The position numbers and the translations under genes were made by a program. The notes below the pieces were generated by a model. It searched no databases. It worked only from the letters and a program-made list of their open reading frames with translations, and was not told the origin of the DNA. A DNA stretch of 64,000 bases from Octopus vulgaris (Eukaryota), in the NCBI GenBank assembly GCA_951406725.2, contig OX597837.1:2046001-2110000 (forward strand). The letters are read 5' to 3'. Below, one piece after another: positions 52,007 through 64,000 of this stretch (position 1 is its first letter; each line of letters starts with the position of its first letter).

Positions 52007-53068
52007 TCCTTTCTACTATAGGCACAAGGCCTGAAATTTGGGGTAGGTGGATAGTCGACGTAAACGATCCCAGTGTATCACTGGTACTTATTTCATCGAC
52101 CCTCCGAAAGGATGAAAGGCAAAGTTGACTACAGAGGAATTCGAACCCAGAACGTGAAGATGGATAAAATACCGCTTATGCACTTCGCGCGGTAGTAATA
52201 ACAACAACAGCAGTATCAACAGTTATGACAATTCTTTCTGTTATAGGTACCAGCACTGAAATTTTGTTGTGGGTGAGGTTACTCGATTAAATCGACCCCA
52301 GTGTTTCACTGGTCCTTAATTTATCGATCCTAAGAAAATAAAAGGCAAAGTCAATCTCGGCGGAATTTGAACTCAGAACGTAAAGCCGGGCGAGATGCCG
52401 CTAAGCATTTTATGAAGTATGCTAAAGACTGCCAGCTCTTCACCTTTAAGATTTCAATTTTTAACCTCGGGGTAACAGATTTTCAGAGGACAGAGAGTCA
52501 AGTCGACTGCATCGACCGCAGTATATCACTGGTACTTACCTTACCAACCCTGAAAGGGTGCAAGGCAAAGCTGACCTCAGCGTTTCAGTCATATATTGGC
52601 GTAAGGCCAATGATTAGTCGATTACATCAACCCCAGTACACATCTGGTACTTATTTTATCGACCGCAAAAGAATGAAAGGTCTTCCGAATGGCAAAGTCC
52701 ACCACGGTGGAAATTGAACTCAGAACCTAAAAGACGTACCAAATGCCGTTCACCATTTATCTGGGATGTTAACGATTCTACCAGCTGGCCGCCCACAACA
52801 GTAGTAACAGCACAAGCGAAATTATTATTATTATTACTACTATTACTACTAAGGCAGTCAGCTGGCATAACCATTAGGATGCTGGACGAAATGCTTAGCG
52901 GTATTTCGCCCGTCGCTCCGTTCTGTGCTGAAATTCCGTAGAGGTCGACTTTGCTTTTCATTCTTTCGGAATGGATTAAATAAGTACCAGTTACGCACTG
53001 GGATCGATGTAATCGACTAGTCCCCTCCTCCAAAATTTCAGGCCTTGTGCCTAGAGTAGAAAGGATCA
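52006..53068. mobile_element. Cluster of SINE family A copies in both orientations among (AAT)/(ATT) tracts
   Basis: Minus copies at ~52006-52190, 52232-52440 and 52600-52795. Plus copy at 52853-53068. Confidence 0.8.
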
Positions 53069-53675
53069 TTATTATTATTATTATTATAATTATTATTATT
53101 ATCATTATTATTATTACTTAAAATAATGAGTGAAAAAAAAAACAAGTACACAACACACAAAGAAAGCAAAGAAATGCAATAAAACAGAAAAAAGGGTGGA
53201 TTAGAACCATTTAAAGACTAATTCTCTGCTCTTGTTGTCTGTTATAACAGTTTATTTTCTGGTGAGTAGCGAAATTACGTGAAAAGAGGGCGGTGAGTGG
53301 CGAGGGCGAAAAACTGGAGGTGAGGAAAAACATCTCTTGTAAAATGATTCAATGTACCATCTGATAAGGAAACAGATATATAAAAGAGAAAAGTAAAAAG
53401 AAAAGAAGAAAAAAGAAAGAAGTACAACAAGTAAAAAAGACTGAAAAAAAGTAATGGCGGTAAAATTGATGGCTTTTAAAGCCGATGTCTCTATTGGTTC
53501 CTCCATTAAAATCAGCACTACCACCAGAACTAACAACGTTTTCCTCTTCCTTTCTCTATGTCCTGCTGTAAACGTATATAGTTTTCTTATTATCTAATAT
53601 ATCATACAGACCCTCTTTCTTATTTTTACCCCCTTCATCCGCTCCGCCTATCAGTCTTAATCTAATCTTCTATCT

Positions 53676-53737
<62 letters not shown>

Positions 53738-53902
53738 TCTTTATCTTTCTCTATATCTACCTATGTATGTGTAACTAACTGTCCATATATCTCGTTAACT
53801 TTTCTATTGTATATGTAAATATATATGTGTGTGTAGTTATATTGATATATTTATATATCGTATACGTGTCTGTGTATGTATGTATGTATGTATGTATGTA
53901 TG

Positions 53903-54420
53903 CCATTATTCAGTTTTATTTCAAGATATCTTGTCAATGGAGAAAGAACCGGTTTCTAACCTAGATCCAAGGTTCCTTCATTAGAATTTCAACACCACCA
54001 ACAGAGTATTTTTGTATGTATGTATGCAAATTTACATGTTTTGTTTTGTATTTTGTATGTATTCTCAAGCATATAGTTGCATATCTAGACATGTTCATAT
54101 ATATTTAAATAATAAACTTCTGGAAAATTTTACAGTTATTTACAGTTCCAGTGATGGATTGGATCTGTAGTCTTCGAATCAGCTTCCTCTTTTATGGTTT
54201 TGAAAAGCCTAATTTCTTAAGACTGATATTTAGGCAGTGTGTTACACATCCCAGTGCCCCCATAATTACAGGTATAAACCTGAACTTGTAGTCTGGGTAG
54301 AGTAACTGTAGATTTCTCAATAGTTCGGCGAAGGTATTTACTTTTTCGTTGGGCAGCTGATTTCCACAACTGTACAGTTTCTCTTCTTTAACCTAAAGTA
54401 TTTTGTCAGATTTGTTATTG
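53903..54420 (-). pseudogene. 3' end of an R4-like RLE retrotransposon next to (TACA)n
   Basis: CTVVEISCP...FAELLRNLQLLYPDYKFRFIPVIMGALGCV...LQIQSITGT..CKIFQKFII*, then a UTR ending in ATAC repeats. Confidence 0.75.
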
Positions 54421-54689
54421 TACGTATATATGTATGCATGAATGTATGTTTAGGAAGGATTTCTGTCTTTTGAGGAGCGTGGGTCCGCTTAGTCCCAATA
54501 CATCCCTGATCTACTCTGTCCTAGAGTAAGCAACATCTGTCAGGGTCCCACTTATGGCTAAACTAGCATATTTGATGCCAATCCATCTGAGCGCGGTGAC
54601 GCAGAAATACTCTTGGTTGGGATCAGGGTACGCGGTAAAGCCAAAGGGAGTGAGTGTACCCTAACTGTTGCCACGGCATCCTTCTATGT

Positions 54690-54950
54690 AAAACCGGTTG
54701 TTTCGCGTGTTTACTAGTCCTTTCGCTCTGCTCTGTCTCTAGCTGCTAATCGCATAGATTCAGAGACTTGCCTTGTACAGGCGTTTATCACTATAATCCG
54801 ATGACGGATAAATATCTCTTTATGGTGCCCTCGTTTGTCATTCCATCAACTGAAAGTCCTTTGGCGATGGGAGAGAGATGAAGTCTGCAGACCTTAACCG
54901 GTTGGAAGCGCACAGTCTGGTGCAACATTCGTCTGTCCCCTAATCTTCAA
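54690..54950 (-). pseudogene. Possible RTE-clade LINE C-terminal remnant
   Basis: VDGMTNEG...ESMRLAARDRAE weakly resembles RTE C-termini. Heavily decayed. Confidence 0.35.
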
Positions 54951-55687
54951 ACCAAGCGGATCCGTTGCAGGACTGGATAATCATCTGAGATGTCATGTCA
55001 GAAATGACAACGGAAAAACACAAGGGGACTGCAATCATATAAGATGGAGCAATTGTATGCATTTCTGTGTCTTTGTCCCCCTGTCATCGCTTGACAACCG
55101 ATGTTGGTGTGTTTATTTTCCCGCAACATAGCGGTTAGGCGAAAGAGGCCGATAAAATAGGTACTCGGTTTCCAAAGGGGTTCAATTTCTTCAACCCAAA
55201 ACACTTTAAGGCGGTGCTCCTCTATGGCCGCAGTCAAATGATTAAAACAAGTAAAACAACAAAAGAATATTTAAAAAAATAAAAGAATGCGTGTGTGTGT
55301 GTGTGTGTGTTTGTGTCCCAATCCCAATGATCCGTCTTCTATGACCAATTGTTGCTGCTACTCGAGACGCGGTGATCTGCGATTCCAGTCTTTCCCTAAA
55401 CTCTTTGCAATGTATTGATATTTAACTGCACTTGAGATCTCACTGTCTTGATCACTACAGCCACCACACATTCCCTTTCATTATAATATAAACCTGTGAC
55501 CGCGTGACTGTTTTCTGGTGCCCTCCACCCTTATTGAATTAGAATCCCTCACCTTTGCATCCATCTTCATACGCAGAACTATTTATAATACTTAAAGGCA
55601 TTTAGTCTGCAACCCCCTAACGTTCGTAGCGTGACCTTTCCTAGTCCTTTAGTACACATACAAACGCACACAAATACATACATATAC

Positions 55688-55761
<74 letters not shown>

Positions 55762-55923
55762 GCATTATCTATTGTGTTCCGTCATTATTTGATTTCGATC
55801 TGATTCTCCGAATCCTTTGAAGAAGGAAATCATTCAAACGGTTTGGTAAATTGGCAGGTTTTCGCATTCCCACGATAATGAAAATATTTTTATCTGTGAG
55901 GCAGAATTTAAACTCAACCACGA

Positions 55924-55985
<62 letters not shown>

Positions 55986-56084
55986 TTCTCTCTCTCTCTC
56001 TTTATCTATCTATCTATCTATCTGTCTTAACCTTTTCTCCACCATCCTCCTCTCACTTTCTGCATCTCTCTCAACATGTCACTG

Positions 56085-56122
<38 letters not shown>

Positions 56123-56491
56123 ACTCTGTTTATATATAAGTGGCGATCTAATGAATGTATCGATCTATTCCTTTTCTTTTTCCTTTTTTCTTTCTTTTTT
56201 TTGTGTTTTTATCTTATCTCTGCTTGGGTTGTTCCTGCTACGAAAGTAGAATACCTCGAAAGGAAGAGGATTTAAGCAGGCGGTAATTCTGTCAGATAAC
56301 TTTCGTCAAATTTAAGCACATATGCCAGGCATACGTTTAAAAACACGGTTCTTGTCTCTCTTTATCTATCTATCTATCTGTCTGTCTATCTATCTAACCT
56401 CATATGTGTGTGCGCGTGTAACTGTGTGTATTTATATATGTATCTGTATGTATATATATATGTAGATAGATATTCACCAATCTATCCCTTC

Positions 56492-56574
<83 letters not shown>

Positions 56575-56745
56575 AACATATATACGCGTATATACACACT
56601 CACGTTTCTCTCTCCTCCGCTTAGATTTAAAAATCTACCTTTCTCACTCTTGTTTTTCGCCCTCTTTTCTCTACACTTTTGCATAGAGAGAAATAAAGGC
56701 AGAGAAAGAGAGAGAGTGGGAGACAGAGAAGCAAAACCACAGAAT

Positions 56746-56793
<48 letters not shown>

Positions 56794-57713
56794 ATGACTG
56801 CCTGACCTTAGATTTATTATTCATATATTTAACGTTCTTTTCCGTTTGGACGATGAAATATTCACATCACAGTTGCTATCCGTTCACACACGCACACACA
56901 CACACACACACATACGCACACACACACACACACACACACATTCACTCCCGTGCACACACTTTGACTAACACATTCATACGTGTATTCATGTACATACAGA
57001 CACAGGGTTATATACTCGGACAGACAGACAGACAAACCCATACACACGCAAACACACCTATATTTATAAACACGCACACACATACACAGAGCACAGACAC
57101 AAGAGGAGTGACACACACACACATACGTAGACTCATACACGCACCTACACACACATGGCAGAGACAAGATGTGTGTTGTCCTCTTCAAGCAAAAGTAATT
57201 ACATCGCATTGACCAGCGACTTTGATGGATCCATTAAACCATTCCCTGATAACACACACACATGCACACTCACATACACACACACATACACAATTACTTA
57301 CACACACACACACACACATACACACACACACGCACGCACACTCACGCACACACACTCACTCACACACTGACATACACACACACACGCACACACATTCCTG
57401 CATTCCGCAACATAGTCGAAGCATTGTCTTATTCAAATACGAGAGTATGGGATGTTCATGCCTTTCTCAAAGAACAACTGTTTCTAACATAGGTACAGCC
57501 TTGACTGGTTTCCTTTTTGTCTTAATTATTTCAGTCACTGGACTGCGACCATACTGGAGCTCCGCATTGAAGGGTTTTATACACTTTTTTTAAAGCCCAG
57601 TGTTTATTCTATCGTTCTCTTGGGCCGAACTGCTATGTTAGGAAGGCATAAACCCACTAACACCGGTTGTAAAATCATGTCGGGGAACAAACACAAACGC
57701 ACGCACACGTGTG

Positions 57714-57760
<47 letters not shown>

Positions 57761-57874
57761 TCCTGCTCGCCTAACGAGTGGAGTGACAATAGTCAAAAAC
57801 TAAAATGATGCAAAGCGCATGGTGGCCAGCGATGTATAACATCGTGTTAAATATGTCTGTATATGTATATATAT

Positions 57875-58055
57875 AGGGAGAGTTTACGAAAGACGAAGAT
57901 AGGTGGTGTACAAAATAAAGAGATGTATCAGTATAACGCTCAGGAATAGAAAAAGTATTTTACGTTTCGAGCCTACGCTCTTCTACATGAAGGGACACAG
58001 AAAAAACAAGGAGAGAAAAAAATGTGTGTAGTGGCTAACGATCTATCATGGCGAC
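57875..58055 (-). mobile_element. Third copy of the Penelope-like remnant family (decayed hammerhead core)
   Basis: TTTTACGTTTCGAGCCTACGCTCTTC is shared with the 27105 copy and nearly so with the 14160 copy. TA flanks. Confidence 0.6.
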
Positions 58056-58104
<49 letters not shown>

Positions 58105-59766
58105 GTTGGGCTTCTTTCAGTTTCTACTTACCAAATCCACTCACAAGTCTTCGATTGGCCCATCATTATCCACAATGTTACTTGGCCAAGCTGTCACGCG
58201 GCGGACTGAACCTAGAAACATGTGCTTGTGAAGTAAACTTATCAGAAATTTGAAAAAATTGGTTGTTTATTATATCGACCGCAGAAGTCGACTGGTACTG
58301 TATGTTATCGACCCTGAAAGGGAAGAAAGTCACTGCTGATCATGGTGGGATTTGAACTCAGATCGTAAACAGCCGAAATAAATATCACAATGCATTTTAT
58401 CTGGCGCTCTCTAACAGTTCTGCTGACCAGCTGTCCTCTCGTCTTGTACAAGTGATATGATCACATGACAGAGGAAGAAATTAAAGAGGGAGAAAAACAA
58501 GGAAAGGAAGAGAGGGAGTAGGGGAGATAAAGAGTGAAAGATCGCATTAAAGAGAGTGAAAGGGGAGGGGAGAGGAGGAAGGTGAAGACGATGCTGAATT
58601 TTCGTAGATTCATTGGTGAGATTGAGATATTAATAGTTTCCATAAAAGGTTTAGTCAATGCGGTGAAGAAATGACGTAGAGAGATAAGGAGACACTCACA
58701 AATATCTATCTATCTATATATATATATATATATACATACATACATTATATACGCACACAGACTAGTGTGTGGGGGTGGGGTGGAACAGCGGGCCTTTATG
58801 TGTTTGGTCTTGCATCAATGTATATTTTCGGTTCCATGAATATTTCTTCCTTCTTGGACTTTTCTTCTAAAGCTGGAGCGCAAAGATTATTTTATCGATA
58901 TGTCTGCGAAATTATCATATCTCTGTTTTCATATTATACATGTATATGTTTGTGTATATGTACGGGTATGTATGTGCATGCATATACATAGATATGTCTC
59001 TCTATCTACCTATCTTTCCACCTCACCCGTCTATCTATCTCTCTCTCTCCCTCTCTCTCTCTCTCTCTTCCTCTCTCTCCCTCTGTCGCTATATATATTA
59101 TATACATATATATGTGTGTATATATATACTTTTATACATACACACACGCAACCACACAGACAGACATATATGAATACATGTTCTCTGATGGCTTGCACAG
59201 TCCGGTGACTCTGAGAACGATGTCGAAAGTTCAGTACTACGACAAGAGATGTCCAAGAAGGAAAGGCCGAGGAAGGGAACCTAGATTGGACACAACGAAC
59301 CCCAGTCCAACAGCGGAGCAAGAGAATGCAAATACAGACCCCAACAATGTTTGGTGTTCATAAGTTTTGAACTTGCGAAGGCGTTGCACGCAAGATGGTC
59401 TGGCTAAAAAGAACCACCCGGGTTTCCAATTGGAACAGTGGCGGTCTGTCACAATTCCATGACGTAAAACTGTCCGTCTTGTTCGCATTTGGCATGGAGA
59501 ATAGTCCTAAAACCATAGATTGTTGGTCATTCCCTTGGCACATTTGGACTTCATTGTAAAAGCTTACAAGCCAATGGTGTATCTTTCTGTTGAGAATTCC
59601 CTCATCAGGTTGACATGGAAACTTTGAAATTCTAGGACACGAGAAAGAGCAGACAAACACGTTTAACCATCTGTTTATCTTTCAATAGCATTCAATCTTT
59701 CTATCTATTTATGTGTGTTTATCTATCTGTAAATCTATCTTTTTATAAATCTAAATCTAAAGAGAC

Positions 59767-59799
<33 letters not shown>

Positions 59800-59800
59800 T

Positions 59801-59890
<90 letters not shown>

Positions 59891-60507
59891 TGATGTGGAT
59901 GCGGATATGAGGGCGGGGACACAGATAGGTAGAAAGAGAAATGGTTATCGCCGGAAACATTGCAAGTTTGTATTCTAGGTTCAAGGAAAGAAATTAAAAC
60001 TCAGATCTCTTCCCAATCTGTAGCACACACAGTCCAGCAAACCGTAAGTAGGTACCACACGTTGACAGTGATATAAGCTAACTCAGAGTACTATGAAAGG
60101 CTTTATACTCCTATGAGAGTATGTGGTGGAGGTGTGGCTTCCTTCTGACTGATTTCCTTGTAGATTGAATCAGTGAATATTCCTTTAGGACTCCTTATAT
60201 TTGCTTCATCCACTGAGGAAGGAAACTAGCTTCAAGGATTTAAAATCGGTTATCTTTTATTTTTTATTTATTTCAGTCATTAGAGAGCGGCCATGCTGGG
60301 ATGCCGCCTTGACGGATTCCTTAATCGAATGAATCGATCCCGCTACGTTTTTAAAGACTCGTATTTATTCTATCGGTGTCTTTGTGCCGAATCAGTAAGT
60401 GACGAAGAGGCAAACAAACCAACACCGCTGATCAAGCAGTGGTGGGGATCAAACGCAAGCGCGCACACACGCACGCACTCACACACTCACACGTATGATT
60501 AGGCACA

Positions 60508-60895
60508 AGTGTGGCTGTGTGGTAAGAAATTTGCCTCCCACCCACATGGTCGCGGGTTCAGTCCCATTACAGGGAATCTTGGGCAGGTGTCTTCCACTAG
60601 AGCTTCGTGCCGACAGACAACTTGTCAGCAGATTTGGCAGACAGAAACTGAAAGAAGCCTGTCGTATACATATATCTTTATGTGTATGTCTTTATCTTTG
60701 CGCTTGTCCCCCGCCACCGCTTGGCAACCGGTGTTGATGTGTTTACGTCCCCGTAGTATAGCACTTCAGCAAAAGAGAACGGTAGCATACGTACCGGACT
60801 TTGAAAAATATAAATACTGGGGTTCATTCGAATAAGAATTCTTCAAGGATGTGCTCCAGCATGGCCGCAGTCTAATGCCTGAACTAAGTAAAAGA
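60508..60895 (+). mobile_element. SINE family B, near full length
   Basis: GTGGCTGTGTGGTAAGAA head through to GTGCTCCAGCATGGCCGCAGTCTAATG tail. Confidence 0.85.
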
Positions 60896-61575
60896 TATGT
60901 ATATACGTCGGGCTTCTTTCAGTTTCCATCTACCAAATCCACTCAGAAAGCTTTGATCGCCCCATGATTATAGCAGAAGACTCTTGTACAAGGTGTCATG
61001 CAGTGGAACTGAAACCGGAACCATGCGATTGGGAAACAAACTTCTTACCATACAATCTTACCGACACCAATGAAGAAAGAAGCAGAAATATAAAGATTAA
61101 GTCGCGGTTTTAAAGCTCATTAACTGATTAACCTCTCTACATCTGTCGCTGATGCACTGATTGCATGAAATAGTAACCTTTTCAAAGATCATTTAACTAA
61201 AATATCGCTTACTTCCGTTTACGGGGAAGGTTAATACATTAATCATATCTCAATCGCAGACAATCAGGATATCCTGGGGAACAGGGGTGTAGTGGGTGAG
61301 CAGGTGAAGGACTATTCTCCAGAGCGTATCGGCATCATGTCGACTCGGCTGCCTTAACTATCCCAATATTTATTTGAGTTATTCCGTGTGTGTGTATGTC
61401 TGTGTGTGTGTGTGTGTGAGTTTCACAGTTCCACCAGTTCAGATTTTCAGAAGTCAAGTGTACCTTTCATTCCTTCGGGATCAAGGAGATACAGTAGCAG
61501 GTATGTGCCGGGCGATGATGTATTTAACAAACCCTCTCTATTAAACTTTCCGCTTTATGCGTATTCTAGCAACAA

Positions 61576-61696
<121 letters not shown>

Positions 61697-63065
61697 CATT
61701 CAGTAGTTTTATTTTTTATAGCGTGTTTTCACTTCACTACCGAGCGCAGCTCTGTGTGCCTTGGGTATGTGCTGTGATTTGTTGTGATGCTCTGATGGTT
61801 ATTGTATGGAAAGTGTTCTGCGTAGGATGTGTGCAGTGCCTAGTAGTGCAATTTTCTGTATGTTATATGTGTTTGTAAGTCCTGGTGTTTTTGTTATGTA
61901 TTTGTCTGAATATTTTTTTATCATGCCTAATGCACCTACTATGATAGGAATTGTTTCTGTTTTTAGATTCCACATTCTGGTTACCTCCATTTCCAGGTCT
62001 TTGTATTTTGAAAGTTTCTCCATTTCTTTTAGAGACACGTTGTCATCTGCCGGTATTGATACATCAATTAGAAAGCATTTTTTTCTTCATGATCTCTGAC
62101 AACTATATCTTGTCTGTTGGCCTTAATTTCTCTATCTGTGTGTATCGGCATATCCCAAAGTATGATTGCTTTTTCGTTTTCTGTGACCTTTTCTGGTTTG
62201 TGTCTATACCATCTTTTTTCTGTTGTTATTCCATAATGTTGGCATAGCTTCCAGTGTATGTAGGTTCCAACTCTGTCATGTCTGTGAATATATTCCTTCT
62301 TAGCCAGAGATAATATGATTTATTGTTTCTTGTCCATCACATATTCTGCAGTTACTTGTTATATTTCTTTTCATAACATGTTTTTGGTAATTTCTGGTGG
62401 GGAGGCTTTGGTCTTGTGCTGCAATTAAAAATCCCTCTGTTTCTGCTTTGAGTCCTGAGCTTCTCAACCATTGCTGGGATTTTTCTTTGTCTATTTCTTT
62501 TGCATTTAGTTTAGTCCAGTATTTGCCGTGGAGGAGTTTTTCTTGCCATCGTTTTATCATGGTTCTTTGCTGTTCTAGTTTTAGTTTGGATTTCATTTGT
62601 TTTATAGCTTTTGTTGTTTCTTTCTTCTTCTTCTTCTTCTTCTTCTTCTTCTTCTTCTTCTTCTTCTTCTTCTTCTTCTTCTTCTTCTTCTTCTTCTTCT
62701 TCTTCTTCTCTTCTTCTTCTTCTTCTTCTTCTTCTTCTTTATATTTGTTAGGTGGTATGATTTCTTGTTTGTATTTGTCAGCTTCCTTAAATACTGAGAA
62801 CAGTTTTTTGTTTTGCTCGTGTTTTGCCGCTATTTGTATCAGTTTTCCTTCCTTCTGAAGTAGATATTTTTGCAGTCCTATGGTGGTTATTTTATAGTAG
62901 TTTTCCAGCTGTATAAAGCCTCTACCACCTTCTATACGTTGTATATATAGTCTTTCTATGTCAGATTTTGGGTGATGCATCATAGACTCTGTCATTATTT
63001 TTCTTGTTTTGCTGTCTATTTTCGTCAGTTCATTTAGTGTCCAGTTAAGGATATTGTAGCTGTAA
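61697..63065 (-). pseudogene. R4/Dong-type RLE retrotransposon, 5'-truncated
   Basis: HHPKSDIERLYI.R.EGGRG, ETEGFLIAAQDQSLPTRNY, CRICDGQETINHIISG, KEMEKLSKYKDL...IPIIVGALG...IQKIALLGTAHILRRTL. (TAA)n at both ends on the element strand. Confidence 0.9.
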
Positions 63066-63069
63066 TTTA

Positions 63070-63120
<51 letters not shown>

Positions 63121-63310
63121 CATTATTAACATTATTACCACGTTGTTATTACCACGTTGTTACCACGCTGGATGAAATGCTTAGCGGTATTTCGCCCGTC
63201 GCTACGTTCTGAGTTCAAATTCCGCTTAGGACGACTACCTTTCATTCTTTCTGGGTCCCTCCTCCACAATTTCAGGCCTTATGCCTATAGTAGAAATTAT
63301 TAATATTTGT

Positions 63311-63638
63311 TATTACCTCCGCCTTAGTGAAGGCGGAGGTATTGTTTTCAGTCGTGTTTGTTTGCCCGTGAACAAGAACCGCTGGATGGATTCGGATGAA
63401 ACTTTCAGGGATGTTTGGCCTCGTGACTGGCACGGACTGATTAGATTTTCGGATCGATCCGGTACCGGACAAGGATTCTGGATTATTTTTCTCCTTTTTT
63501 TTTTTACTTAATTCATGAGAGCGGTCGCGTTCATTTTTAGTATTCTCATTTGTGAGAGCAATTGAGTTTATTTCAGATAGTCTCATTTTAAAAAACATTT
63601 CCGGCTAATCATTGGCGATTCCTTGGTGGAGGTTTGCG

Positions 63639-63640
<2 letters not shown>
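63311..63640 (+). mobile_element. Non-autonomous Helentron-like element (HINE/DINE-1 type)
   Basis: 5' hairpin TACCTCCGCCTT-AGTG-AAGGCGGAGGTA, GTTT repeats, a GGATT..GATGAAACTTT core, and a distal subterminal repeat GGTGGAGGT. Confidence 0.7.
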
Positions 63641-63693
<53 letters not shown>

Positions 63694-64000
63694 GAGTGAG
63701 AGAGCAGTGCATGCCATCAAAGTGACACTGGGGTAAAATATACGAAGCCCAGTATACCCATCATGACTACCCGTCTGGTCGAGTAACCCATCCCACTCAA
63801 AAGGTCCTTGAATAAGGGTTATTTAAGGATGTTAAATGAAACACCCATGTTTCCAGTGGTGAATTATTTAAACCCCAAATAATCCCTCTCAACACATGGC
63901 TATGATGCTCCCCCATTACTTCTACTTGTGATTAGGGATGCACATATCATCAAGCATTAAGGGACATGCTCATCTGGTTATGGTCAAGTAACTAACAAGC
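63694..64000 (-). mobile_element. ~550-bp (TAA)n-associated element (further copy, runs off the window, internal deletion near 63777)
   Basis: Reverse complement of the end of 23068-23623 (...CTCTCTCACTC-AATAAT). Confidence 0.85.

Overview
AT-rich, microsatellite-dense eukaryotic DNA, probably intronic or intergenic. The SINE types, R4/Dong abundance and (TA)n/(CA)n/(TAA)n load suggest an octopus (coleoid) genome; this is inference. No host protein-coding exon can be supported. Almost all short ORFs in the track are translated microsatellites or SINEs. The one long ORF (6620-9496) is the ORF2 of a young, 5'-truncated CR1-clade LINE. The window also holds decayed R4/Dong-type, Tx1/L1, Penelope-like, Helitron, Helentron-like and Tc1/mariner pieces, three tRNA-derived SINE families and several foldback inverted repeats. 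The most notable signal is a set of type I hammerhead ribozyme motifs, read by eye, in at least five unrelated short non-coding elements. One is a complete GUC hammerhead inside a ~358-nt unit bounded by direct repeats, resembling a retrozyme (40346-40793). Three are head-to-head hammerhead palindromes next to (TA)n. One family carries a variant core, CUGUUGA. A ~550-bp non-coding element found only in (TAA)n tracts, and a CR1/SINE shared 3' hairpin with compensatory changes, also deserve follow-up.
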